Origin: a virus
Taxonomy: Duplodnaviria > Caudoviricetes
Strand: one strand, 5' to 3'
Length of the DNA: 37,403 nt
Virus record (IMG/VR): IMGVR_UViG_3300011339_000063
Span: 1 to 37,403 of that record
This document shows positions 7,162 through 16,637 of the stretch, piece by piece. The notes beneath the pieces were generated by a model. It did not search any database and was not told the origin of the DNA. It was given only the letters and a program-made list of their open reading frames with translations. Each line of letters begins with the position of its first letter. Position 1 is the first letter of the stretch. The position numbers and the translations under genes are program-made.

Positions 7162-8483
7162 TATAGTAATCCTTTTTTACTTTTTTCTATAAATTGCATA
7201 TAGTTGTCTAACCATTGTTGATCAACTGGTTCATATAGGTGACTTGTTCTTAATGCGTTAATTTGATCTGTTTTACTGTACGGTCTAGGAACACCAGCAC
7301 CTTGTGGTTTAGTTAAGAGTTTGCTTGTGTAATCAAAAATCTTTGGGAACATAACTTCAGCAGGAACTGATTTTTCAAGTCCCCCAATATAATTACCAAG
7401 TATGCCAGTATCATAAGATAAATGACCGCTAACTGGATTAAGTTTCCCAGATGGATCTGATGCAAACATAGTATACCCAGCATCGCCTAATTTAACATCA
7501 TTTAATGCTTGACTCTTAAATGTTTTGTTAATATCGTCAACGTTAGGAAATCCAAGATTTTGGAATTTTGCTTTACTTAATGTTTCAACAATGGATTTTC
7601 TTAAATTACCAGACTTTTGCAATTGATCGTAAATTCTATCATCTGTTAATCCAACAAACTTAATGTTTTTATCTTTGCTTTGAAGTGTCTGTTGAATTTC
7701 TTTATTAGCTAATTTAATGTCAGCTACTCGTGGCTTAAGTACGTCTATTTGTCTTACAATTGATTCAGATATTGGTAAACTAAAATTCATACTGTTTTCT
7801 GGTGACATTGCTGAATACACACCAACAACATCTTGGCCAGTAGCTTCTCTAGCTTTATTAAAGTTTAATTGCTTGCCACTAGCTGCGTTATACATAGATG
7901 CCCATGCATTACCTGTACCAAGATTCTTGTGCTGTAATGAATATCCTTCACCACCTTGACCTAGTACTGTATTGCTTAATGGCACACCTTCAATGTTTTT
8001 TACAGCAAGTCCAGTTTCTGATACATCGCCTACAACTGGCACAATTGTTTTGCCTAATAACGATTCTGGTTGAATAACTGTTCTTTGACCTATATCAGAT
8101 TTTGTAATATCTGATTTTCCAGTTTCACGCATTTCTTCACGTCTAGCAAATGCTTTATTTTCTAATGCTTTTTTATATTTTGTAAATGCTGATTTTTCAG
8201 CAGATGTTGCATTAACTGGTAAAATGCCGCTAGGTTTTAAAAATGGATGAGAAATTGATCCAATTAATCCCATAGGTGTAAGTGAGTTTACAGCAAAATC
8301 TGTTATATCTTTAGTCATATTAACAGGTCTTGGTGTGTTTAAATTTTGCCATAAACCTTTTGGATCGCCACGCATCATATACGCTAAAGGTGCATCACCT
8401 TGAATGTACTGATTTAGTAAACGGTCTAATGGCGATAAATTAGATGGGTTTTGTTGACTAGCATATGTATTTAATACTGGCAT
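7161..8483 (-). CDS. Large hypothetical protein, possible internal/ejected virion protein
   Basis: 440-aa ORF on the late strand ending KKGLL; coupled to the LPD23-like gene. Confidence 0.6.
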   Translation of the reverse strand: MPVLNTYASQQNPSNLSPLDRLLNQYIQGDAPLAYMMRGDPKGLWQNLNTPRPVNMTKDITDFAVNSLTPMGLIGSISHPFLKPSGILPVNATSAEKSAFTKYKKALENKAFARREEMRETGKSDITKSDIGQRTVIQPESLLGKTIVPVVGDVSETGLAVKNIEGVPLSNTVLGQGGEGYSLQHKNLGTGNAWASMYNAASGKQLNFNKAREATGQDVVGVYSAMSPENSMNFSLPISESIVRQIDVLKPRVADIKLANKEIQQTLQSKDKNIKFVGLTDDRIYDQLQKSGNLRKSIVETLSKAKFQNLGFPNVDDINKTFKSQALNDVKLGDAGYTMFASDPSGKLNPVSGHLSYDTGILGNYIGGLEKSVPAEVMFPKIFDYTSKLLTKPQGAGVPRPYSKTDQINALRTSHLYEPVDQQWLDNYMQFIEKSKKGLL

Positions 8484-8605
8484 AGAAGTCCTATGTATAA
8501 CGCTGGATAAGCGTGTTAAACAAGTTTAAATTAAGAGTTGATAGATAGGTATACCCATATAATATATATACCAGCTGGGCTACCTTAAAATGCGTTTAGA
8601 TGTAT

Positions 8606-8779
8606 TTAATCGTCTAGTTCTTGAAATTCCATATATATGTCTAAATCCTCACCAGATATTTCCACTAGAGAACTATCTTCAAATTCAAGGTAAATAACTT
8701 GGTCGTTAAAATCAACCTCGCAACTGACAATTGTTTTACCTACTATCTTTTCACATAGTTTTTGAATATCGCCAGACAT
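8606..8779 (-). CDS. Small acidic protein (57 aa), not in ORF track
   Basis: MSGDIQKLCEKIVGKTIVSCEVDFNDQVIYLEFEDSSLVEISGEDLDIYMEFQELDD*; AAGG SD. Confidence 0.7.
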   Translation of the reverse strand: MSGDIQKLCEKIVGKTIVSCEVDFNDQVIYLEFEDSSLVEISGEDLDIYMEFQELDD

Positions 8780-8787
8780 ACTAACCT

Positions 8788-9525
8788 TTAAATGTTTACG
8801 AGAAATTCCTTACCTATCTTTTGTGATTTATTTGATCTTGACCATGCACCACAATCTTGACATTGAAACCGTTGGAATATTGACGTTCTTGATCTTACTT
8901 CACCACGTTTGTGTAATTTGCTTGATCCGCAATTTGTGCAGCATAAATTTGCAGAATACGCATTATGGTTTGGATGTTGTTTAATCCAACCTTTAAGTCT
9001 GTCATACAACTTCTCAAGCAGCACTACGTCATTCTTGTTATATGTTTCCATACGTTTCCATGCTTCACGCTGATTATCCATAACCTTCAGCCACAATTCG
9101 TGGCCTTCATGATCAGTTTTTTTACCAATACCTAAACGCTGAGAAACATAATCTAATTTATTTGAAACAAATCTAAAGTTACTTTTTACTACTCTTAATA
9201 AGTCAATGTGTTTTACTGGGCTTGGTGGATTCATACCAGCTTCTAAGAATTCTTTGTTGAGCATGGGAATGTCAAAACGTAGGCCATTATAGTGGACAAT
9301 CACGTCAGCAGATTCCATCAATTCATGAATGCTCTTTAGCATATGCTTACGATCTGTTTTGTATATTGAGTCAAACATGATCTTTGATTCGCCATACCAT
9401 TTAGCCGCATAGCAAAGTGTATACGATGATTCTAGTAATTGATTTAATGCAACGTTCTGCTGCCAGATACCCCATACAGTTGCAAGGTTTGGAGCACATT
9501 CAATATCAAGTAAAAGTATTTTCAT
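8788..9525 (-). CDS. YprB/RNase_H_2-like DEDD 3'-5' exonuclease with C-terminal Zn ribbon
   Basis: LDIE, YNG.RFD.P and YNKNDV motifs, then CxxC...CxxC. Confidence 0.85.
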   Translation of the reverse strand: MKILLLDIECAPNLATVWGIWQQNVALNQLLESSYTLCYAAKWYGESKIMFDSIYKTDRKHMLKSIHELMESADVIVHYNGLRFDIPMLNKEFLEAGMNPPSPVKHIDLLRVVKSNFRFVSNKLDYVSQRLGIGKKTDHEGHELWLKVMDNQREAWKRMETYNKNDVVLLEKLYDRLKGWIKQHPNHNAYSANLCCTNCGSSKLHKRGEVRSRTSIFQRFQCQDCGAWSRSNKSQKIGKEFLVNI

Positions 9526-9553
9526 AAGTATTCTCTAGTGTTGAGAGAACTTA

Positions 9554-10003
9554 TTATAAACCTTCAAAAAGCCTTCTTTCATCTAAACGTCTGTTTTGTA
9601 AACCTTTTAAGATTTTGCCACCAGCTCTACAGTATTTAACTAACGATGCCATAGCCGCTTCTTTATCGCCACGAAGCAACGCTTGACGGATGGTTGAACG
9701 CTGAAAGCATCCAAGACCCAAATTAAAGCAAAAGCTGACAATAGCGTCAAACTCATGTTGTCGTAAAGGCACGTTAGGTAGCATCTTATGCACTCCCAAC
9801 TCAAAACGTTTGAGGTCGTGTTTAAGAATTGCATCTACTTCACCTTGAGTAAAAGTTTTGTTCCACTCTTTAGGCAAAGATTTACCATTACCGATAAGAT
9901 GACCAAAGCCCACAGTCCACAAACCAGCAGGGCAAGTATAAGGCTTGTAGCGAACACCCTCATGGTGTTTAATAAGTTGTATACCAGCATTAGATACCTT
10001 CAC
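9554..10003 (-). CDS. Endolysin, GH24 lysozyme
   Basis: HEG....Y.CPAG.WTVGFGH, FDAIVSF.FNLG and GL.NRR..E motifs; probable GTG start at 10003. Confidence 0.92.
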   Translation of the reverse strand: MKVSNAGIQLIKHHEGVRYKPYTCPAGLWTVGFGHLIGNGKSLPKEWNKTFTQGEVDAILKHDLKRFELGVHKMLPNVPLRQHEFDAIVSFCFNLGLGCFQRSTIRQALLRGDKEAAMASLVKYCRAGGKILKGLQNRRLDERRLFEGL

Positions 10004-10487
10004 GTTTCTTTTCCCATGTACGAGAGCCAAAGTAAAAGCCAATGATAGATGCAGTAATAGCCATTTCTTCTGAACCAAATACTTCTTGAGATGCTATTAC
10101 AAAGTCTACGCCTGACCACATAGCCCAAACTAATGAGATAAGGTTAATAAGAACTAACTCACCTACAAAGATAAACGCTACTACAGGTCTAACCATAGCG
10201 TTCCAGTTCTTTACTGTTTTACTTGCACCATCTACTAACTTCTTGTCATGGTCATATAGTGCTTCACGTTCTTGTGCGTATGTTTGAACTTCTATTTGAT
10301 CAAGTTTAATTGCTTCAATTTTTTCTTGAGATACGAAACCAGCTTTTGCAAGTTCAAGTTCACGTTCTGTTTGAAGTTTAGCCATTTCTCTTTCATGCTT
10401 TTGGTCACCTTTCTGTTGAAAGAATGATAGTAAACTAGGTAAACCACTTGTGGCAAAGCCTAATATACCTGATAGAATACTTAACAT
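9990..10487 (-). CDS. Putative holin (3TM GTA-holin-like)
   Basis: N-terminal hydrophobic helix, coiled coil, VRP..A and two further TM segments ending IIGFYFGSR; directly upstream of the lysozyme. Confidence 0.75.
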   Translation of the reverse strand: MLSILSGILGFATSGLPSLLSFFQQKGDQKHEREMAKLQTERELELAKAGFVSQEKIEAIKLDQIEVQTYAQEREALYDHDKKLVDGASKTVKNWNAMVRPVVAFIFVGELVLINLISLVWAMWSGVDFVIASQEVFGSEEMAITASIIGFYFGSRTWEKKREGI

Positions 10488-10846
10488 TATAACTCCTTAG
10501 GGTCAAAGCCATACATCTTGGCTACACGCTTTTGTAGTTTTAAAAACAAGCCTTTGTGGCTTGCATACTGTTCTGTTTTAGGTGAGTCTAAATATACACA
10601 CATGTGGATAAGTTCATGGCACAGAGTCATTAAGACAGGATATAGATGAGAATGACGTGCAGTAGATATAGTAATAACATGAGGTTCACCTTTTTCTGGT
10701 GGTTCATATTGTCCACATATAGTATCGTCATGCAATACTACGAAGTCTACTTTAGATGCAGGTGGGAGTTTATACTCATCAAATATGGGCATTTCTATTA
10801 GAGCTGAATATAGGTTTGCTATATTGTTCTCTGTAATAAATGTCAT
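10487..10846 (-). CDS. SprT-like zinc metalloprotease
   Basis: TLCHELIH (HExxH) followed by H...F. Confidence 0.75.
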   Translation of the reverse strand: MTFITENNIANLYSALIEMPIFDEYKLPPASKVDFVVLHDDTICGQYEPPEKGEPHVITISTARHSHLYPVLMTLCHELIHMCVYLDSPKTEQYASHKGLFLKLQKRVAKMYGFDPKEL

Positions 10847-11052
10847 TTGCTAATCCATGAGTGCATCACAAATGTAACAATACCGCCAATAAAAGAAGCT
10901 ATGGTCATACCTGCCCAAAAACCACCTTTAGATTTATTAGCAAGTTCTAAAAGAGTTTTAATATCCACTTCTAAATTTTCTACTTTATCTTGCAGGTTTT
11001 GTACCTGTGCAATTAGTTTGCCATATTGTATAGGATCTATTTCATTACTCAT
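10843..11052 (-). CDS. Small coiled-coil plus single-TM protein, lysis-associated candidate
   Basis: Coiled coil then KGG and a TM helix; at the start of the lysis cluster. Confidence 0.65.
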   Translation of the reverse strand: MSNEIDPIQYGKLIAQVQNLQDKVENLEVDIKTLLELANKSKGGFWAGMTIASFIGGIVTFVMHSWISK

Positions 11053-12623
11053 TGCATTTCGTCCTCTGGGTTAAGAAGGTAGCTTGACAGTAAACCTTGA
11101 GGAATACCATATCCTGCACCAGTAGTTCTTAAATTAATATTTCTAGGTGTAATTTCATATCTATTAGGTTGGCCGCTTCTCATAAAAGTAGCTAAGTCTG
11201 TAATAGCACCTTCACGCATTTTGGTTGCACCCATGCGACCAACAGTTGTAGCACCAGCAAACGCACCGCCAGTAAGAATATCACCTGCACCAAGAGCTAT
11301 TGTTGGCAATGCAGACACAGTAGATGTTGGAGCAAATCTACCTACAAATTTAAGTGTTTGTTGTAAGTCACTACCCTTAGCTGCTTCAATAATTGCATCT
11401 TGTTCACCCTTAGAGAATAAACGCATACGCTTTTCATTTTTAGCTAGCTGCCTCATTTGTTTAGCTAATGAATTTTCTGTGCCAGACTGTGTAAACTTAG
11501 TACGATCAAGTTGAGCTTCATCAAGCATATCTGTAAATATTTCAGACTTCTTAAATTTAGCATAACTATCACGAGCTTCTTGCCATGTTTTAAGAGCTTC
11601 TTTATTACCAATCTTAATATCTCTTACAGGCATATTAGCCATATAATCATCAAACTCATCTAATAATCTTGTAGCAATACGTCTTTCATTTGCATTAACA
11701 GATGCTTGACCATTTTTAATCATGGTTCGTAATGATTGAATTTCAGTAAAGTCTACAGGTTGTTTTCCAGAAGTAAGTTCTTTAATTGCAGCATTAACGT
11801 CTGGGAAATTACCGCTAGGTGTATAACCTTCTTGTCTTAATCTTGATGGCAAGTTTTTCATGTTGGCTTGGAATACATTTTTCTTTAATGTAATGCCTTG
11901 ACTTTGAGCTTGATTAAAAAGATTAGTAGCTTGTTCTTGAAAAAATTGTTGTTCTGGTACACCACCTAAATCTACTTTTGATTGTTTAAATAATTTAGAT
12001 CCAACTGTAGGAACATATAATGGAGCTTTAGTAAATGGTAATTTAATTGGCATAGCATTAAACTCTAGTGATCTAGGATCAGCACCAAATAAACCTTTGC
12101 GTGGTATTGTTTGAGGAACATTACCTACCATTGGAGTTGGAGCAAGTTTGGAAGTTTCTAAAAAACTACCTAGACCTTCCATTGCCTTTTGGCCAATTTC
12201 AGTTTGTGGCCTATATGCAGTTGCTTCCATACCTTTCATCACAGCTTCTTCAGCACTAGGAGCATATTGGTTACCAGTAATACCACCAATAGCTTGTCTA
12301 CCTAAACCATAATAAGCACCTACTGGTGCTGTAACTATTGGACTGACAGCAGCTACACCAGTTTCAAATGCACCTAGAGCTTCTCTTAGAATTGGAATTT
12401 GATCAATGCTGGTTTGTGGCCTTTGTACCGCAGGTTCAGTTGGTTTAACTCTTTGTTCTGGAGGAACTAATAAATCGTATGGAATACTTTTATCGGCAGC
12501 ACCAGCTGGAACACCAGATAATTGTCTTTGAAGCTCACTAAGGCCATCTGTAGAAACCTTATCTAGCTTTTGTGCTTTAAGGTATTCTAAGTCTTTAGTA
12601 GAAAATTTTGAAAAGTCTACCAT
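11049..12623 (-). CDS. Putative DNA ejection / internal virion protein
   Basis: 524 aa, helical, with Gly/Ala-rich hydrophobic segments; last of four large genes following the tail genes. Confidence 0.65.
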   Translation of the reverse strand: MVDFSKFSTKDLEYLKAQKLDKVSTDGLSELQRQLSGVPAGAADKSIPYDLLVPPEQRVKPTEPAVQRPQTSIDQIPILREALGAFETGVAAVSPIVTAPVGAYYGLGRQAIGGITGNQYAPSAEEAVMKGMEATAYRPQTEIGQKAMEGLGSFLETSKLAPTPMVGNVPQTIPRKGLFGADPRSLEFNAMPIKLPFTKAPLYVPTVGSKLFKQSKVDLGGVPEQQFFQEQATNLFNQAQSQGITLKKNVFQANMKNLPSRLRQEGYTPSGNFPDVNAAIKELTSGKQPVDFTEIQSLRTMIKNGQASVNANERRIATRLLDEFDDYMANMPVRDIKIGNKEALKTWQEARDSYAKFKKSEIFTDMLDEAQLDRTKFTQSGTENSLAKQMRQLAKNEKRMRLFSKGEQDAIIEAAKGSDLQQTLKFVGRFAPTSTVSALPTIALGAGDILTGGAFAGATTVGRMGATKMREGAITDLATFMRSGQPNRYEITPRNINLRTTGAGYGIPQGLLSSYLLNPEDEMQ

Positions 12624-13933
12624 TATTTTTTACCTTTTCTTCGTTTAAGTTCTTTTGAAATAGCATCAAGATCTAATACTGATCCACCACCTGCACCTGC
12701 TGGTTGAGTTTGTGTAGGATTAAGTTTATTTGTATACAATTGGATGCCTGCATTATTACTTTGTTGAACTGCTTCAATTGCACCCAATAAACTATCTATG
12801 CTAAACCCACCTTTTATTAATGTAAGAAGTTGGTCTGGAGGTGGAAGTTGTTTCTGTAAGCGTGGCAAATCTTCTTTATTAAGTACGCCAAGTTCAGCAC
12901 CAATACGAAGTTTAGTTAAAGCATCTTCATATAATGATTGTTGTCTTGCACCAGCTACACCAAAACCACCAATTTGTAATCCATTTTGTTTAATATCATT
13001 TTTTAAAGTTTCTAACGATGTATTAAATAATATACCTGAATCAATTTTTTCTTTTGCTTTGGTAGCTTGTTGTTCTGTTAATGCTGTTGGTGCCTTAGTA
13101 ATATTTCCAGTATCTGCTACAGGTGTAGTAGACGGTACTATGGCTGGTACTGTAGTGCCATCATATTTATACTCTGGAGGTAAAATATTTCTTGGAGGCG
13201 GAGCAGGTTTAATTTGCACAGGAATTTGTTTTGTAACACCAGTAACAGGATCTTGTACAGTTTGCATAACTGTTTTTGGTTCAAATGCTTCACGATACGC
13301 AATGGCATATGGTGCACTAGCTCTTACTGCTTTTGCTGTTTCAGAATCACCAGAACCTCTAAGAAGAATATTGTAAGATACGCCTTCTACACTACTACCA
13401 TACAAACCACCTTTTTGAGTAAGGAATTGTTCGTATAAAGGTATCATTGGATTGTTTGGATCTGTTGCTTTCATTTTTTCTAAATTAGCTAACTGTTTAT
13501 CAAATTCAGTCATGCCTGTATATGCTCCAGTTTTTTCAGCAATAGCACGATCATATAAAGCAATGTTTGGATCATTTGGATTTAATTGAGCTAATTTGTT
13601 TTTTTGCATTATTAATTTATCTATTTCAGTCATGCCTTCCATTTCAATTTGCTTGGTAGTTTTGGCAACATTGAGTGCATCAGTTAAATATTTAGCTCTA
13701 GTGTCGTAAATGCCTTGAGCACCTTGTAAGCCACCTAAATATGATCTGGCTAAAATATTAGCAGTACCAAGATTTTGATTTTTTGGAAGCGTAAGATAAG
13801 TTAAAGCTGCATTAATTAATCCAGATTTTGTAGATTGTTTTTGCAAATCTGCATATTTATCGCCAAGCAAACCTTTTAAATAATCTGGTTCTTGTGTTGG
13901 AAATATGTTTGGTAAATTGTCTAATAGTGCCAT
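12623..13933 (-). CDS. Putative DNA ejection / internal virion protein
   Basis: 436 aa with a duplicated internal motif (GMTE.DK.......K...PN.P.I.LY); syntenic with podovirus ejection genes. Confidence 0.65.
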   Translation of the reverse strand: MALLDNLPNIFPTQEPDYLKGLLGDKYADLQKQSTKSGLINAALTYLTLPKNQNLGTANILARSYLGGLQGAQGIYDTRAKYLTDALNVAKTTKQIEMEGMTEIDKLIMQKNKLAQLNPNDPNIALYDRAIAEKTGAYTGMTEFDKQLANLEKMKATDPNNPMIPLYEQFLTQKGGLYGSSVEGVSYNILLRGSGDSETAKAVRASAPYAIAYREAFEPKTVMQTVQDPVTGVTKQIPVQIKPAPPPRNILPPEYKYDGTTVPAIVPSTTPVADTGNITKAPTALTEQQATKAKEKIDSGILFNTSLETLKNDIKQNGLQIGGFGVAGARQQSLYEDALTKLRIGAELGVLNKEDLPRLQKQLPPPDQLLTLIKGGFSIDSLLGAIEAVQQSNNAGIQLYTNKLNPTQTQPAGAGGGSVLDLDAISKELKRRKGKK

Positions 13934-13936
13934 TGA

Positions 13937-14806
13937 CTAGCCTCCGAATAAATCTGGATAAAATTTTCTTAATTCTGGGGTTTGTGCCATCATAGTATAC
14001 AATTGTGGCATACCAGCTTTGTTTATTGGAACTGGTGTAATTTGTGGAGCTACATTGCTTGCTGCCGCTGTAGGAGTGTATCCTTCAAACTGACCTTGAC
14101 GTATTGGACGTTGATCAGATGTATCAATTTTTGTTGGTGTAGTCATTGCCTCTAGACCTTTTAAAGCAAAGCCACCAGTAGCTATAGGATTATTTTTTGC
14201 AAAAGAATATGTATCAGTACCTAACCCTGTAACTTTGTCTAACATTGTAGGGCCAGTATAATTAAATAAACCTGATGTATTCATAGCGTTTACACGATCA
14301 GCTAATGGCATATTCATTGATGGCAATGAACTTCTTAAATCGTCAACAGATAATTTAAGGCCATCAGTAAATGCTTCATTTGGTGTTAAAGATTTTGTAG
14401 GAGGTAATGCCTTTCTTAAATCAAATAATCCACCAGCTATATCTGTATCTATTTTGTTTACAGATGCAGCTAAATCGTCAGCAGAACGTATTGCAAAATC
14501 ATCAAGTGGATTAAATGCAAATCCAGCATAATCATCTGCATAATTTAAACCTTGACCTAAGCCTTGAATACCAACAGATGGAACAGCTTGCGTTGCTGCT
14601 TGACCAGTTGCTGCTTGTACACCTTGTGCAACATTTCCAGACGTTAAACCACTAAATGCATTAGCAATTTTATCGCCAAATAAACTTTGAGATCCGCCAA
14701 ACGCACCACCAGTAGCACCGCCAAGTAAAGCACCTGTTAGTGGGTCTTTGCCTTGAGCAGCAGAACCTAATGCACCAATACCTGCACCAATAATAATTGG
14801 CTCCAT
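13937..14806 (-). CDS. Putative DNA ejection protein with N-terminal glycine zipper
   Basis: MEPIIIGAGIGALGSAAQGKDPLTGALLGGATGGAFGG; start coupled to the upstream TAA. Confidence 0.65.
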   Translation of the reverse strand: MEPIIIGAGIGALGSAAQGKDPLTGALLGGATGGAFGGSQSLFGDKIANAFSGLTSGNVAQGVQAATGQAATQAVPSVGIQGLGQGLNYADDYAGFAFNPLDDFAIRSADDLAASVNKIDTDIAGGLFDLRKALPPTKSLTPNEAFTDGLKLSVDDLRSSLPSMNMPLADRVNAMNTSGLFNYTGPTMLDKVTGLGTDTYSFAKNNPIATGGFALKGLEAMTTPTKIDTSDQRPIRQGQFEGYTPTAAASNVAPQITPVPINKAGMPQLYTMMAQTPELRKFYPDLFGG

Positions 14807-15915
14807 TATTTTCCTACCTTTCCTACTACATAGCAAATAGGTTCAAGAATAAATCTGTAAACCATACCTAAATTATCTCTAGTTTTACCACGTTTTTGTT
14901 TCCATATATCAGCAGTCCTATGTCTTGCGATATGCTCTAAAACACCCTTTAAAATGCGTTGTAGATGGTTCTTTTGACCACTCTTATAAGCATAGTTGAC
15001 TAATGGTAAGAATAGAGTGTGATAACCTTTTTCGTATGCTGGGTCTAAGTCTTTAGATTGTGCTAACCAAATAGATTGACGGAAACTTCCAAATCCATAC
15101 TCTTGGCACATAGCTGTGCAGACTATCTTGCCACCACCTGATTGAGTTGTTTTGGTAACTTGTCCTTGAGGAGCTCCATAAGCCGCACCAAGATAAGCAG
15201 ATAATTTTTGATATGGTTTGTTTTGTTCAAAGTTAAATCTGTCAATATCAGCTTGCAAAGCAGTTTTAGCGTAATCTTCTTGAGTCTTGCCAACATTAAG
15301 AAGTTGTTGAATGTCTTGGTATCTAGCTTGAGCTAGTTGAGGAGCTTGTGCTGCAGCAGCTTCTTGTCTGCCTCGTTCTGTAGCATAGTTTTGATAAGCA
15401 AGTTCACCCGCTTTACCAGTTAATGTTGATGCTAAAGTTTGTGCAGCTCTATTTTGTAAGTCTGCAGCTACACCTGATCCATAACGACCTGCCATAGATG
15501 CTGAACCTTGTGCTGATCTAATAGCATCATTATAAGCTTGTGTAGCTGAAGTAACAGCTGGTCTCATTGCTGCTTCAAAGTATGGATTAGCACCTAGATA
15601 CTGACCTTGTACTGTACCTAATTGTTGATTAAGTGCTGCACCTGTAAGTGGGCTTCCTGCTCTTGCTTGTGCTTCTGCTTGTGCTAATGCAGATTCTGTT
15701 TGAGCAGATGGGCTAATATATGTAGCACCTTTAAAATATTCAGGCGTAGTTGTTTGATATAGATTTTTAGCTTCAGTTAATCCATATTCTACAAATGGTC
15801 TTACAGTAGGATCTAGTTCGCTTTTTGTTTCAGATGTACCACCACCTGAACCACCACCACCATAAAATGTAAATGATTGTACTAATTCTTGTACCCAATT
15901 GTGTAACTTAAACAT
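14806..15915 (-). CDS. Putative pilot/ejection protein (P22 gp7-like position) with a Cys-containing C-terminal domain
   Basis: Short leader then GGGGSGGG, Ala/Gln-rich body, and a GGGKIVCTAM... C-terminal domain. Confidence 0.6.
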   Translation of the reverse strand: MFKLHNWVQELVQSFTFYGGGGSGGGTSETKSELDPTVRPFVEYGLTEAKNLYQTTTPEYFKGATYISPSAQTESALAQAEAQARAGSPLTGAALNQQLGTVQGQYLGANPYFEAAMRPAVTSATQAYNDAIRSAQGSASMAGRYGSGVAADLQNRAAQTLASTLTGKAGELAYQNYATERGRQEAAAAQAPQLAQARYQDIQQLLNVGKTQEDYAKTALQADIDRFNFEQNKPYQKLSAYLGAAYGAPQGQVTKTTQSGGGKIVCTAMCQEYGFGSFRQSIWLAQSKDLDPAYEKGYHTLFLPLVNYAYKSGQKNHLQRILKGVLEHIARHRTADIWKQKRGKTRDNLGMVYRFILEPICYVVGKVGK

Positions 15916-15924
15916 ATTCTTTCC

Positions 15925-16323
15925 TTAAAGTGTATATTCCCATGTTTGAGGTTTAAAACCCATTTGCCTTGCCTTACGTTCCCATCCACGTCTTTCGGAG
16001 TTAAACGTAACTTTAGTTTTACCGCCTTGTTTTGCTATTTGTTGAATCTCTTGAAATGCTTGCATAAAGAGTGTATCGTCATTAAGTAATGACCATGCAG
16101 CCCATACATGAAGCCTGTTTCCTATTGGTTGAAGTACTACGAATCCTACTGGTTTGTGATCTATAATGCCCATAAACAACATAGAACGTTGTTCATAACA
16201 ATCACAATATACGTCTTCAGCAATATAATCTGTGTGACCTTTAGACCTGACTATTTCTAATCCGTGTCTAATGTATTCCCAATGTTGACGTAAATTATCT
16301 TTAGGTATATAATGTAATATCAT
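15925..16323 (-). CDS. GNAT-like virion assembly protein (P22 gp14 / T7 gp13-like position)
   Basis: VGFVVL...LHVWAAW...S.R.GW.R.....GF pattern and position. Confidence 0.6.
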   Translation of the reverse strand: MILHYIPKDNLRQHWEYIRHGLEIVRSKGHTDYIAEDVYCDCYEQRSMLFMGIIDHKPVGFVVLQPIGNRLHVWAAWSLLNDDTLFMQAFQEIQQIAKQGGKTKVTFNSERRGWERKARQMGFKPQTWEYTL

Positions 16324-16637
16324 CCTACTATTATATAACGATAGTTCCTTGAAACACCATGACTTCCATGATTAACTGTGCAACTTCCTTGTGCAAAGTT
16401 AGTAAAGTAAATATCTTTTAGTTCAGCAGCAGAATTTAAGTCTAATGGCATAAATAAGATAACTGAATTAAATCCTATACGTTCGTCTGTAAGTGTCGTA
16501 GATGTTGTGCTTGTTGCTGTAGAAAACTCGCCTGTATTGTTAGACTTACCTTCTACTAAATTGTTTACTATTTCAGCTACACTTCTAGGGTCACCACCTA
16601 AAAAAGGTAGTTTACGGTACATATCACTACGAGCCAT
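16320..16637 (-). CDS. Small tail-associated structural protein
   Basis: 105 aa, between the tail hub and the GNAT-like gene. Confidence 0.6.
   Translation of the reverse strand: MARSDMYRKLPFLGGDPRSVAEIVNNLVEGKSNNTGEFSTATSTTSTTLTDERIGFNSVILFMPLDLNSAAELKDIYFTNFAQGSCTVNHGSHGVSRNYRYIIVG

Noticed and set aside
12798-13376. 192-aa plus-strand ORF
   Set aside because: Codon-register antisense shadow of the ejection protein gene, with no recognisable motif or RBS.
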